Positions 11,012-21,052 of a stretch of 64,000 nucleotides of DNA are shown in pieces (within the stretch, counting starts at the first letter, position 1; each line of letters opens with the position of its first letter). This DNA comes from a virus, in IMG/VR virus record IMGVR_UViG_3300023235_000015, positions 38,343 through 102,342 of that record; one strand, written 5' to 3'. Both the position numbers and the translations under genes were made by a program. The notes under the pieces are model-generated. The model saw only the letters and a list, made by a program, of their open reading frames with translations, searched no databases and was not told the origin of the DNA.

Positions 11012-12399
11012 TGAGTAGTCATATCAAGCTAGGAGATTGCGTAGAAAAAATGCGCCTTCTAGATGAAAATTCAGTTGACTCTGTAGTTTGTGATCCACCA
11101 TATGGCCTTAAATTTATGGGCAAAGAGTTTGATAATATAGGCGAGGCCGCTGCTCAGAGAGAGTGGCATAAGACTTGGGCTATTGAAGCCCTTAGAGTAC
11201 TAAAGCCGGGTGGTCATATGTTAGCCTTTGGCGGTTCAAGAACTTACCATCATCTAGCATCTGCTATTGAGGAAGCAGGCTTTGAAATTCGTGACCAAAT
11301 CATGTGGATTTACGGATCAGGATTTCCTAAGTCTACTAACATTACTAAGACCCTAGATAAAAATGGTATTGATGGTAGCGAGTACGAGGGTTATGGTACT
11401 GCATTAAAGCCTGCCCATGAACCTATCGTGCTAGCCCGTAAGCCTTTCAAGGGTGCTACATATAAGAATGTATTAGAACACGGGACCGGGGCGCTGAACA
11501 TTGACGGGTGCCGGGTTGCAGGCACAAAGCCCGTAATGGTACGAACGGAAACGGTTGTGGCGGCAAACGCAATGGCGGGAGAATCAACCGGGGCGACCTC
11601 AACCGGCGAGACTACTACCGAGGGAAGATGGCCCGCCAATCTTATTTTAGGACATAATGAAGATTGTGAACTTGTAGGTACAACAGAAGGTGAAGGGTAC
11701 TCTATCAATACATTTGATAATGGCGCAAAACCATTTGGTGATGCTGTAGGTGAAGATTATTCTACTAGCAAAAAAACAGAAGTAATTGAAGAATGGGAAT
11801 GTACAGAAGGTTGCGCTATAAAGATTCTAGATGATCAGACTGGCGTAAGTAAATCACCATCTACTTATGTTAGAAAAGAAGGGTCAAAACAAAATATTGG
11901 TCACACACCGGGTTCAGAAGGTGGTAATCAAACTGTCTCATTAAATTACGGAGATTCGGGCGGTGCCTCACGCTTCTTTTATTCAACTAAAGCCAATAAA
12001 AAAGAAAAAAATGCTGGCCTAACAAAAGAAGTAGAAAACGATAGGTTTCAGACTAGGGAATGTACCCAATGCGGCAAGAACGTTCCTTACGTTGGCTCCT
12101 GTGGCTGTCCTGACGCTGAGATTATAATGGTTGCCTCTAAGCCTACTAAGAACGTTCATCCTACGGTAAAGCCAATAGACCTCATGCGGTATCTAGTACG
12201 CTTAGTTACCCCTAGAGGCGGGACAACTCTTGACCCATTCTTAGGTAGCGGCTCAACAGGGATCGCAGCACACCTAGAAGGATTTAATTTTATAGGTATT
12301 GAAAAAGATGAAGAATATTTAGAGCTAGCTAAAGAACGTATTGATTGGTGGGCGCAGTTTGAAGGCGAAACAAAACAAATTCTAAAGGACAATAAATAG
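11011..12399 (+). CDS. Amino (N6-adenine/N4-cytosine) DNA methyltransferase, beta class
   Basis: DPPY near the N-terminus; HPTVKP and LDPFLGSGST near the C-terminus. Confidence 0.92.
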   Translation: MSSHIKLGDCVEKMRLLDENSVDSVVCDPPYGLKFMGKEFDNIGEAAAQREWHKTWAIEALRVLKPGGHMLAFGGSRTYHHLASAIEEAGFEIRDQIMWIYGSGFPKSTNITKTLDKNGIDGSEYEGYGTALKPAHEPIVLARKPFKGATYKNVLEHGTGALNIDGCRVAGTKPVMVRTETVVAANAMAGESTGATSTGETTTEGRWPANLILGHNEDCELVGTTEGEGYSINTFDNGAKPFGDAVGEDYSTSKKTEVIEEWECTEGCAIKILDDQTGVSKSPSTYVRKEGSKQNIGHTPGSEGGNQTVSLNYGDSGGASRFFYSTKANKKEKNAGLTKEVENDRFQTRECTQCGKNVPYVGSCGCPDAEIIMVASKPTKNVHPTVKPIDLMRYLVRLVTPRGGTTLDPFLGSGSTGIAAHLEGFNFIGIEKDEEYLELAKERIDWWAQFEGETKQILKDNK

Positions 12400-13341
12400 A
12401 TGTATATGTTAGATTTATTTTCTGGAGTTGGTGGATGGGATGTTGCCGCTAATCAGATATCAGAGATTGACGATTTATTAGGTATAGAGCTAGAAAAGTA
12501 TATGTGCGATACGCGCCAAAAGAATAACCTGCCAACAGTACAAGCAGAGGTTTCTTTATTAGACCCTACTGATTACCCGTCAGATATTCTAGTGGCTAGT
12601 CCACCTTGTCAGGGCTTTTCTAAACAAGGGCATGGCAAGGGCAGACTAGATAAAAAAATAGTGTATCAGTACGCAGATGATATTAATTCTGGTCTTGACA
12701 CTAAGAATGAATTGTTCCCACAACTACAGGATAAGCGATCACTATTAGTTGTAGAGCCGCTAAGGTTTGTTTTAGAAGCTAAGCCTAAGTATGTAGCCTT
12801 TGAGCAAGTGCCATACGTTAAAGAGCTATGGGAGTACTTTGCTAAGATTATGAAGCAACATGGGTACTCAACATGGGTAGGTAATTTAGAAGCAGAAGAA
12901 TATGGATCGCCACAAACTCGTAAAAGAGCTATCTTAATGGCTAGCACAGAAAAAGATGTTGCGCCACCAACTAAGACTCATCAGCGTTTTCTAAAGTCAG
13001 AAATTAAGCGTGGCGACTTAGGTGTACTGCCTTGGGTATCATTAGAAGATAGATTCCCTGAGCGCAAAGGTTGGAGTTATCAAGCAGGCGCTAGGAAACG
13101 TTCAGCACTTAGAAAAAGTACGGAACCCGCACCCACTATAGCTTTTGGTTATGATTATAATAATCACGGTTGGAGAATAGACGAACAGTTTGAAAAACTA
13201 ACTGAAGCTGAAGGCTTAAAGTTTCAAGGCTTTCCAGATAATTTTCAGTTATGTGGATCAAAGCATTCTAGGTATACACAAATAGGTAACGCTATTCCTG
13301 TAGAATTAGCTAAGTCTATATTAGAAGAATTGATTTTATGA
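12400..13341 (+). CDS. C5-cytosine DNA methyltransferase
   Basis: LDLFSGVGG, SPPCQGFS, EQV (ENV variant), PQTRKR, QGFPD and QIGNA motifs. Confidence 0.92.
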   Translation: MYMLDLFSGVGGWDVAANQISEIDDLLGIELEKYMCDTRQKNNLPTVQAEVSLLDPTDYPSDILVASPPCQGFSKQGHGKGRLDKKIVYQYADDINSGLDTKNELFPQLQDKRSLLVVEPLRFVLEAKPKYVAFEQVPYVKELWEYFAKIMKQHGYSTWVGNLEAEEYGSPQTRKRAILMASTEKDVAPPTKTHQRFLKSEIKRGDLGVLPWVSLEDRFPERKGWSYQAGARKRSALRKSTEPAPTIAFGYDYNNHGWRIDEQFEKLTEAEGLKFQGFPDNFQLCGSKHSRYTQIGNAIPVELAKSILEELIL

Positions 13342-13347
13342 GCATAT

Positions 13348-13839
13348 ATGTCTATACTGTATATTATGACATTAGTGCTAGGGTTAGACACTTCATCATC
13401 AAAAGCAGGAATTGCTTTACTTGATGATAAGTACAAACTAAAAAAACTTGACCTTTGGAAAAAGGACAAAAAAAAAGACCACTACGCAAATCTACTTGAC
13501 TTCCACAATTACGTAGGGAAGTTTTTACCAGTAGATTTAGTAGTGGTTGAAAAAGTTTCAAAGAGCCGCAATCTTAATACTGTTAGACTATTAGCGTATT
13601 TTGAAGCGGCTTGTTTGCTTGCAGCACAAAAACATGGAATAGAAATTTTACACATTTCTCCTAAGACGGCCCGCAAAAATGGTTTTGGTAGTGGAAGTTT
13701 AAGTAAAGATGCTATTTATATGATGGCTAATAAAAAATACGGTCCATTATTAGAATATGAAAAAGGTGGAAACGATCAATCAGATTCTCTATGTTTAGCA
13801 AGGGCAGGCGTACATTACTTGAAGGACAAAAATGGCTGA
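13348..13839 (+). CDS. ruvC: RuvC-like Holliday junction resolvase
   Basis: LGLDTS, VVVEK, SPKTARK...G.G...K and NDQSDS motifs. True start may be 13366. Confidence 0.8.
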   Translation: MSILYIMTLVLGLDTSSSKAGIALLDDKYKLKKLDLWKKDKKKDHYANLLDFHNYVGKFLPVDLVVVEKVSKSRNLNTVRLLAYFEAACLLAAQKHGIEILHISPKTARKNGFGSGSLSKDAIYMMANKKYGPLLEYEKGGNDQSDSLCLARAGVHYLKDKNG

Positions 13840-14284
13840 AGATAAAAAAAGTTTAGTTCTTTCTGATGAAGAAAGAAAACGAAGATCAGATAGGGCTAAG
13901 GCTTTAGTTAAATCTGGAAAAATTGGTGGGCCTAATCATGGTCAGGGCAGAAAAAAGAAAGTAAAAGCTAATGAAAAAGTAGCACAAGAAGCCGCTCGCC
14001 ATTCACAAAAAATTATTGATCGCTTACTAGATGTTATTGAAAATGGTAAAAATCTTGAAGCTCTAAACGCTATTTCTATGTGGCTAAAGATTGAAGCTGA
14101 TGAAACTCACCGTCAATCTCATCAAGAAGTTTCCGAACTTGAAGGTAAGTCTAAGGATGAGCTAATGAAATTTGTTATTGAAAAACTTATTGAGCAGCAA
14201 TCTAGCGGCGATATAAAGATTCCTTTTGTTGATGGTACTGCTGTAGAAGTTACAGATGCTAAGGTAATAGAAAGTGTCAATTAA
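13832..14284 (+). CDS. Putative terminase small subunit
   Basis: Basic helical protein overlapping the start of the large terminase gene; positional inference. Confidence 0.5.
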   Translation: MAEDKKSLVLSDEERKRRSDRAKALVKSGKIGGPNHGQGRKKKVKANEKVAQEAARHSQKIIDRLLDVIENGKNLEALNAISMWLKIEADETHRQSHQEVSELEGKSKDELMKFVIEKLIEQQSSGDIKIPFVDGTAVEVTDAKVIESVN

Positions 14285-16064
14285 CGAAAAGCAATTATTA
14301 AAGAAGCTTTCTGAAATGGACGAGGACGAGCTTATGGAAATGGCGCTCAACCTAGAGAAGCTTTCAAGTGGCCCTGTAGCCTCTCAGGAACGGCCACAGA
14401 CGGACGATGAGCTACATGATTGGGTGCTTGCCGCTACTGGTGTTGACATTCCTAGAGTTGCTGCTACGCCAGACACAAACGCTCCTTTTGAATGGTTTAG
14501 CGATTTATTTTTTGAAAGAGAAAGGGCTGTATTAGTAGTAGCGTCTAGAGGTTCTGGTAAAAGTTTTCTTTCTGCTTTGTTTAACTTTACGATGTGTTAC
14601 TGGTTTAAAGAAGCACAATGCATGAGTGTAGGTGCTATTGAAGAACAGGCTAAAAATGTATATAATCATGTTCGTACTTTTCAAGACATAGCCGCTGACA
14701 GATTGAAAGTAGTATTAGTAAAACAAGGACAGTCTCAGCAGTCTTTCACAAAGTATTCAAACAACTCTAGATATAAGATTGTAACTGGTTCTAAGAAAGC
14801 CGTAAACGGACCACACGATCCTGTAGTACATCGTGACGAAATTGAACTTATGGATAAAGAAGTTTACTTAGAATCTCTAAACATTGAAAAAGCTAAAGTA
14901 AATTCTGAGGGAGAACTTATTAATACTAGGACTCTGCTTACTTCTACTCGTAAGACTTCTCAGGGGTTGATGCAAGAGATTATTGATAATTGCTTACTAG
15001 CTGAGAAAGAAGGTAGACAAGCTCCATTCAAAATTTATTGGACAAACGTTTATGATGTTTCTGAGAATAGACCAGATTGTAGAGTAGCTTTTCCTGACCT
15101 ACCAGAGAGCGAAAAATGTAACTGTAATGAAGTTACATCTGGTGAGTGGGAAAAGGGAAACCCTAGAACTTTTGAAGATGCTTGCGGAGGTAAGTTAGGT
15201 AAGGCGCAGGGCTTTTCACCTTTAGCTGACGCTCAAAGTATTTTTGAACGCTCTCCTAGATTCTTGTGGGAGGCGCAGCAGGAGAATAAACGACCTTACG
15301 TAGAGGATGTTTCTATACCAGAATTTTCTAAAGAAAGACACGGTATTAGAGATTACGCGCCACTACCTGAAAATGGTAGAATCTATAACGCAATTGACTT
15401 TGGTGGCCGACACCCATTTGGTATATCATACTTTCAAGTTTTAGATCATGATGTTTACGCTACAAATCATGCTGGCGTAGAAATTTTATTACTTGAAGGA
15501 ACTAAAGTAATGTTTAAAGAAATTTACAAAGGCGACATTGGTAATCAAGCCGCGTCAGAGCTAATAAAATCTTTTGAATCAGAAATGAAAGCAAAGTATG
15601 GAAACGATTGGAAAGTATGGCAAAGGTTTGGAGACAAGGCTGCTACAGCCGCTCGTAAAGACTTTGCTGAATGGGGATTGCCTACTCAATGGCCTGCTAT
15701 TACAAGAGAGCGTGAGGCACATTTAGAGAGACTTAGAACTGTTATTCAAAATGATGAGTTTATGTATGATATAAAAACTTGTAAGATTTTTGAAGAACAA
15801 TTATCTATATGGCATATTGATGGTAAAAAAACATTTGACGATATGGTTGATTCGGCTCTGTATAACAATACAAATATATATGCTATAGAAAAACAAGGGA
15901 AAGGTAAGAAAGGCCGTCCTGCTGTTAAGAAACGTGCTTATAACACTAGAAATGGCAATGCATTTCATGATACAATGCATGGAGTAGGAATAAGAACACA
16001 AAGGAATGAGATAGGCGGAATGACCGCTAAGGGATTTTTAGATCAGGTTAGGCGTAGTAGATGA
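14274..16064 (+). CDS. terL: Terminase large subunit
   Basis: Walker A ASRGSGKS, Walker B HRDE, LTST coupling motif, nuclease motifs AIDFG and DDMVDS. Confidence 0.85.
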   Translation: MSINEKQLLKKLSEMDEDELMEMALNLEKLSSGPVASQERPQTDDELHDWVLAATGVDIPRVAATPDTNAPFEWFSDLFFERERAVLVVASRGSGKSFLSALFNFTMCYWFKEAQCMSVGAIEEQAKNVYNHVRTFQDIAADRLKVVLVKQGQSQQSFTKYSNNSRYKIVTGSKKAVNGPHDPVVHRDEIELMDKEVYLESLNIEKAKVNSEGELINTRTLLTSTRKTSQGLMQEIIDNCLLAEKEGRQAPFKIYWTNVYDVSENRPDCRVAFPDLPESEKCNCNEVTSGEWEKGNPRTFEDACGGKLGKAQGFSPLADAQSIFERSPRFLWEAQQENKRPYVEDVSIPEFSKERHGIRDYAPLPENGRIYNAIDFGGRHPFGISYFQVLDHDVYATNHAGVEILLLEGTKVMFKEIYKGDIGNQAASELIKSFESEMKAKYGNDWKVWQRFGDKAATAARKDFAEWGLPTQWPAITREREAHLERLRTVIQNDEFMYDIKTCKIFEEQLSIWHIDGKKTFDDMVDSALYNNTNIYAIEKQGKGKKGRPAVKKRAYNTRNGNAFHDTMHGVGIRTQRNEIGGMTAKGFLDQVRRSR

Positions 16065-16147
16065 ACTTAGAAGCTAAATTAGCAGAAATATTTGGAGTTA
16101 AGCAAAACACTATATCGTATATAATCAATGGGATTAATTGGAAATAA
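16061..16147 (+). pseudogene. 28-aa remnant resembling the C-terminal HTH tail of phage HNH endonucleases
   Basis: Reads MNLEAKLAEIFGVKQNTISYIINGINWK*, matching the LAxxFGVxxxTISxIxxGxxW pattern. Confidence 0.55.
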
Positions 16148-19100
16148 TGGGTTTATTTGATAGAAAGAAGAAAGACAATTTAGCAGAAGATGGAACCTTA
16201 GACGAATCAGAAAATAAAAAACTAGGGGATAAGATTCGTAAGTCTAGAGATTACGCGCCTTCTAGTAGAATTCAGACTGACAATTATAAGTATTTTCAAG
16301 AAGCTCAATCAGCAATGCTTGGCGCTCCTTATGATGTAAGTAAGATTCCGATTGATGTTCTTACTCAGATGAAGTTTGATCCTATGATTATGTTTGCTGA
16401 ACACTTTATTACGATGCCTTTACTTAGAGCGCGTTGGCATATTGAGTGTGTGGCGGAAGGTCAGCGCGTAATGATGCGTGATGGTACTCTTAAAAATATT
16501 GAATTTATCGAACCCGGTGACGAAGTTCTTTCTTCAAATGGTGAAATTGTTGATTATGACACTGTAATTGATAAATGGAATTCTGGCAAGAAAGATATTC
16601 TTAAAATTACTTTAGAAAATGGAAGAACTATGCGTGTCTCTGGCGACCATAAAATTTGGGTATGGGATGAATGGATAGAAGCTAGAGATCTTACAGTTGG
16701 CGACCCAATTGCCACACCAAGAACTGCTTTATATGATGAAACTTCTAGCGCAAATCTAGATGATGCTTTCTTGCTTGCTCTTTGGCTTGCTGAGGGTTCT
16801 AAGCATAAACCTACTTATGAAGTTTCAAATCTATTAGAAGAAAATCGCGCCCGAGCCAGAGAGATTGCTGAAAAACGAGGATGGGATTTTACATTTAGAG
16901 ATAGATACAAGTTTGCGATAACTAATGAGAGTAAGCGAAATGATAATACTCCCGTTAATTTCTTACGCAAACACGAAGTATTTGATTTAAAGACAAAAGA
17001 TATTTTTGTTCCAAATTTTATTAAGTCAGCTAGCAAAGAAGTTATTGCTGAATTCTTGGGCGAATATATCTCTTGTGATGGATGTGTTACACAGGATTCA
17101 GTTAGAGTAATCAGCACAAGCATTACAATGGCTAAAGATATTCAATTTCTGTTTAATAAACTAGGGATTAATTCTAGTATTCAAACTAAAGAAATCTTAA
17201 ACGAAAATCATAATACTCAATATGTGGTTAATTCTGGTGGTAAAGAAAATATATCTAAGATTAAATCTCAAATTTATATTTATGGAAAGCAGAATAAGTT
17301 ACTAGCTATTTCTGATGTTTCTAAAGAAACTGATAAATCTATTCCGGCTCAATATTATGACGAAAAAGAGTTTGCGCTACCAGCTTATAGAGCAGAAGGA
17401 TTTAACCCTAGAAAAAATAATTGGGGGTCTAGAAGAACTGCATTAGGCGTAGCCATTGTTGATAAAAACACAACACTAAGAAATAAAGTTGAAAGTTTAA
17501 ATTATTCAGCGATTAAGTCAATTGAATCTGATGGAGCAGATGAGTGCTATGATATCACTACTCTAAAACATCATGCCTTTTTCTTAGAAGGCGGTCTTAC
17601 TCATAACTGTGAAGATGCTCAAGTAGCAGCTTTTGTTGATGCTGCATTACGTAAAGTTTATGCGTCATACTTATTAGAACGTTCTCAATCTCATATCTAT
17701 GGTTTCAAGCCAATTGTAAAAAGATTCCAGTTAGAAAATCCAGATTGGAAATATCTTAACCCCTCTGTATCAGACACTACTATTCCTGTATGGGATTCTA
17801 AGAATGTTGAAGCTAAAATCTTTAAGCATTTTGTAGGGCTACCATCTGATCCAGAAATTTGTCAGCCTAGATTTAATGCTAAAGGTGAATTCAACGGCAT
17901 TGAGTATACTCCACAAGTAGCAGGAGTGTCTAGCTTTCCATTTCAAAAAAGCAATTCTAGTAATGAGGAAGGCTATAGAAAAATTCCGGCCCACCTTTCA
18001 CTTTGGGCTACTAACCAGCGCCACACAGTTGACGGGAGCCTTTGGGGATTTCCAAGAATCGGGTATGCGTATAGATATTGGTTCTCATACTGGCTTAGAT
18101 GGGCTATGTACGACAGATACTTTGAGCGTAAGAGTGATCCGCCCTACGTAGTTTATTATCCAACTGATCCCGGCGAAGGGACAGAGGATGAAGATGGCGC
18201 TTCAATGAAAGCACACGCCTTACGCATTGGCGATGCTGCTAAATCTGGTGGCACAATTGCTCTACCCGGCGACTTTGTAACAGACTATGAAGGTAGAGTA
18301 ACTGGTAACAGAGAGTGGGAAGTAAAAGAACTTGAAATTGCTGGCGACCTAACGCACTTTGTTGAATCATTTGAATACTTAGACAAAATGAAAGTAACAT
18401 CACTACTAGTACCTGATAAGGCTATTCGTGGTGGCGACGATTCATCTGACGCTGAACATACATTCAATATCTTCAAACAGTCAGAAGCCTCAGAAATGGA
18501 GCAGATTGATGATGAAATTAATCGCTTTATTATTCCTGACCTTATTGCTGCTAACTTCCCCGATAGGAATGTTACGGCACGAAAAGTAACTACCGGATTC
18601 GATGATGCCGACTTAGACACGATGATGGAAATTATCCGCGTTGTAGGTCAGACAGATCAGAACGCCTTAAAAGCAGTAGACTTTGATAGCATGTTAGATA
18701 CAATTGGCATTCCTTCCATCAGTCACGATGAAATTGTAAGACGAGAGCAGGCTGTAAAAGATGAAATTGAAAGCTTTAAGCCTGACCCTATCGTTCCTAT
18801 TCCCGGCGAACAAGCAGGAGTAGATGAAGAAGGGTTTTATATTCAGCCTAGAGAAAAGATTATACTGTCAGAAGATAGTTCGTTTATTTCTAAGCTGCCG
18901 CCCACAAGACATTATAACGACGAGGAAGTACTTCAAAGTGCTAGAGAAATTCGCGCCAAGTGGAATGTAGCTTACAAGGATATTTATGATGATGTTGCTA
19001 CGTTCTTATCTAGCGTAGAGTTATCAGAAGAACTTAAAGGAATTGATTTAGCAGACGATGATCAGGCTAGCAAGTTAGCTTTCAAAATAATTTCTAAGTG

Positions 19101-19806
19101 GAACTTTAGTAAGAATAAAACTAAGAAGCTTATTGAAGATACTAAAACTTCTGTAAGAAATATTATTGCGCGGGCAGGTTCAAGAGAGCTAAGGCGGATT
19201 CGTACCGAAGATGATTGGAAAGTTGATTCTGAATCAGTCGCTACTTACTTAGAAGATCGCGGCCTTGAATATGTAAAGGCTATAGAAGATACTATAAGGG
19301 ACGAAGTAGCTTCTTACTTAGCTCAACAGATTAGGGACGGCAAGAGCAATACTGAAATTGCTGACGGAGTAAGGGAACACTTCTCAGATAGTTTTCCTGA
19401 TTGGAAGGCTACGCGCCTTGTAAGATCAGAAGTAAGAAATGCTTACAACTTTGCTACATTAGAAGCAGGACAGCAAGCAGGAATAAAAGTAGTACAAGCA
19501 AAAGACGCTCAGTTACCACAAGAAACGGATCAAGACTGTATAGATCGAAATGGCAATTTTTACTCAATACCACAAGCTTTAACAGAAAACCTAAAAGAAC
19601 ATCCTAACGGAACTTTAGAGTGGAAACTAATTCCAGACGTAAGTTCTGTATCAGAGGTTACTGTAGAAGCATCTGAAATTGAAGATGGCGGCATTGGCTA
19701 CTTTGATAATATAACAAACACTATCTATCTAAATGAGGATGCAACTAAAGAGGAAGCTGAACAATTCAGAATTCTTCTAGGAGAAATCCTTAGCAATGAT
19801 TCATAA
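16147..19806 (+). CDS. Portal protein (Mu gp29/DUF935-like) fused to a MuF-like head morphogenesis domain, with an intein
   Basis: Follows terL. Portal-like YRYWF...RYFER and INRFIIPDLI segments; C-terminal ATRLVRSEVRNAYN...C..RNG...HPNG MuF pattern. The ORF track starts at 16138. Confidence 0.75.
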   Translation: MGLFDRKKKDNLAEDGTLDESENKKLGDKIRKSRDYAPSSRIQTDNYKYFQEAQSAMLGAPYDVSKIPIDVLTQMKFDPMIMFAEHFITMPLLRARWHIECVAEGQRVMMRDGTLKNIEFIEPGDEVLSSNGEIVDYDTVIDKWNSGKKDILKITLENGRTMRVSGDHKIWVWDEWIEARDLTVGDPIATPRTALYDETSSANLDDAFLLALWLAEGSKHKPTYEVSNLLEENRARAREIAEKRGWDFTFRDRYKFAITNESKRNDNTPVNFLRKHEVFDLKTKDIFVPNFIKSASKEVIAEFLGEYISCDGCVTQDSVRVISTSITMAKDIQFLFNKLGINSSIQTKEILNENHNTQYVVNSGGKENISKIKSQIYIYGKQNKLLAISDVSKETDKSIPAQYYDEKEFALPAYRAEGFNPRKNNWGSRRTALGVAIVDKNTTLRNKVESLNYSAIKSIESDGADECYDITTLKHHAFFLEGGLTHNCEDAQVAAFVDAALRKVYASYLLERSQSHIYGFKPIVKRFQLENPDWKYLNPSVSDTTIPVWDSKNVEAKIFKHFVGLPSDPEICQPRFNAKGEFNGIEYTPQVAGVSSFPFQKSNSSNEEGYRKIPAHLSLWATNQRHTVDGSLWGFPRIGYAYRYWFSYWLRWAMYDRYFERKSDPPYVVYYPTDPGEGTEDEDGASMKAHALRIGDAAKSGGTIALPGDFVTDYEGRVTGNREWEVKELEIAGDLTHFVESFEYLDKMKVTSLLVPDKAIRGGDDSSDAEHTFNIFKQSEASEMEQIDDEINRFIIPDLIAANFPDRNVTARKVTTGFDDADLDTMMEIIRVVGQTDQNALKAVDFDSMLDTIGIPSISHDEIVRREQAVKDEIESFKPDPIVPIPGEQAGVDEEGFYIQPREKIILSEDSSFISKLPPTRHYNDEEVLQSAREIRAKWNVAYKDIYDDVATFLSSVELSEELKGIDLADDDQASKLAFKIISKWNFSKNKTKKLIEDTKTSVRNIIARAGSRELRRIRTEDDWKVDSESVATYLEDRGLEYVKAIEDTIRDEVASYLAQQIRDGKSNTEIADGVREHFSDSFPDWKATRLVRSEVRNAYNFATLEAGQQAGIKVVQAKDAQLPQETDQDCIDRNGNFYSIPQALTENLKEHPNGTLEWKLIPDVSSVSEVTVEASEIEDGGIGYFDNITNTIYLNEDATKEEAEQFRILLGEILSNDS
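16447..17607 (+). mobile_element. Intein (387 aa) with LAGLIDADG endonuclease, in the portal gene
   Basis: Begins CVAEGQRV; block B SGDHK; motifs LALWLAEGS and LGEYISCDG; CYDIT; ends LTHN followed by +1 Cys. Confidence 0.92.
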
Positions 19807-19824
19807 TGGAAACAAAACCTAAAC

Positions 19825-19986
19825 ATGCAGTTCAAACCCACAAGGGACGGAGCCTTATTTATAATAGGGCTATTAGGGATAATAAACGAAGCAGTATTAC
19901 AGCAAGTACCCGATCCACAACTTCTAGTCCTGTTCGCAGCGATGGTTGGACTACCAGCGTTTCTGGCAAAGGATCGTCAAGATTAA
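19825..19986 (+). CDS. Small two-TM membrane protein (not in ORF track)
   Basis: MQFKPTRDGALFIIGLLGIINEAVLQQVPDPQLLVLFAAMVGLPAFLAKDRQD*. Two hydrophobic segments; more protein-like than the overlapping 19806..20090 frame. Confidence 0.65.
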   Translation: MQFKPTRDGALFIIGLLGIINEAVLQQVPDPQLLVLFAAMVGLPAFLAKDRQD

Positions 19987-20091
19987 TTACTGCTATGATA
20001 ATCAAAAATTATTTAGAACAAAACTACAAATGGACTACACCTTATATAACGCTTGTTGCGACGATAATAATTACAATAGGAATTTTTTAAA

Positions 20092-20409
20092 ATGAATAAA
20101 CTTATACACAAAAATAATTTTTGGCCCATAGTTTCTTATGTATTTTTAGTCGCTGTACTTTTGTTTGCTTTGAATGTTGCTAGAAATGACACAACAAACC
20201 TTTTATTAGAAAATCAATTAAGCTCATGCGAAAGAGGAAATGTAATTAGAGAAGTATTATTTGCTACCATTGTACAGGCCGCAGAGTCTAACCCTACAGA
20301 AGCATACGCTGAACAAGTAAGGATTATGCAATCAACTTTGCACACTAATCAAGAAACAGGAGTGGTAGATTGTCGTAAAACAATAAAGGGGTTTGATTCA
20401 AGTGAATAA
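20092..20409 (+). CDS. Membrane-anchored small protein, paralog 1 of 3
   Basis: N-terminal TM segment, QLSSCERGN and VVDCRKTI. Confidence 0.7.
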   Translation: MNKLIHKNNFWPIVSYVFLVAVLLFALNVARNDTTNLLLENQLSSCERGNVIREVLFATIVQAAESNPTEAYAEQVRIMQSTLHTNQETGVVDCRKTIKGFDSSE

Positions 20410-20724
20410 AACTATAAAAGATATTTATAATAAAGCTATTAAAAATCATTATTTATTAGTTTATATTTTTTCATAGTAATAGTTTTGCTTTCTTTGAACT
20501 ATGTACAAACTCAAAACATTACTCAGATTCAGGCACAAACAGATGAAAATGTAGCTGCTCTTTATCAAAGTCAAATAGCTGAATGTCAAAGAGGCAACGA
20601 TGTTTTGAGAGCGACTTTAACGCAACTAGATTTAAATATAAAAGACAGTAATTTTATAGTTCATTGTAGAAAAACTGTAATAAAACCTAAGAGCTTACAA
20701 GATTTAATAAATGATGCCAAATAA
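20402..20724 (+). pseudogene. Paralog 2 of 3, frameshifted in a T6 run
   Basis: The GTG 20402 frame stops just after T6 at 20466-20471. One extra T restores VYIFFIVIVLLSLNYVQ and joins QIAECQRGN...IVHCRKTVIKP. Confidence 0.6.
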
Positions 20725-21052
20725 AATAAGTAGTTATTTAAAAGCTTCATCAACACGACTACATACTATTGTTTATATATTTTTTGTTATTGTAGTTCTC
20801 TTTACTTTGCATACAGTTCAGAGCAATACTATTAAAAAAATAGAAAGAGCCGACTCTCAGGTTGCTAGCGCAATTTATAAAGGTCAAATAAATGAATGTA
20901 ATAGGGCAAATGCTATTCTTATAAGTAGCATAAAACAACAAAAAGAATTTGGCATTACATTAAATTACGATAGTTTTATTGTAAATTGTAATAAAGTTAT
21001 TGATAAACCCACAACAGTAGAAGATATTAACAAAGGAAGATATATACCATGA
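20711..21052 (+). CDS. Membrane-anchored small protein, paralog 3 of 3
   Basis: TM segment IVYIFFVIVVLF, QINECNRAN and IVNCNKVIDKP. Confidence 0.7.
   Translation: MMPNKISSYLKASSTRLHTIVYIFFVIVVLFTLHTVQSNTIKKIERADSQVASAIYKGQINECNRANAILISSIKQQKEFGITLNYDSFIVNCNKVIDKPTTVEDINKGRYIP

Noticed and set aside
19806-20090. 94-aa ORF from the track
   Set aside because: Its composition is Ser/Thr-rich and implausible; the overlapping frame 19825..19986 encodes a coherent two-TM protein.
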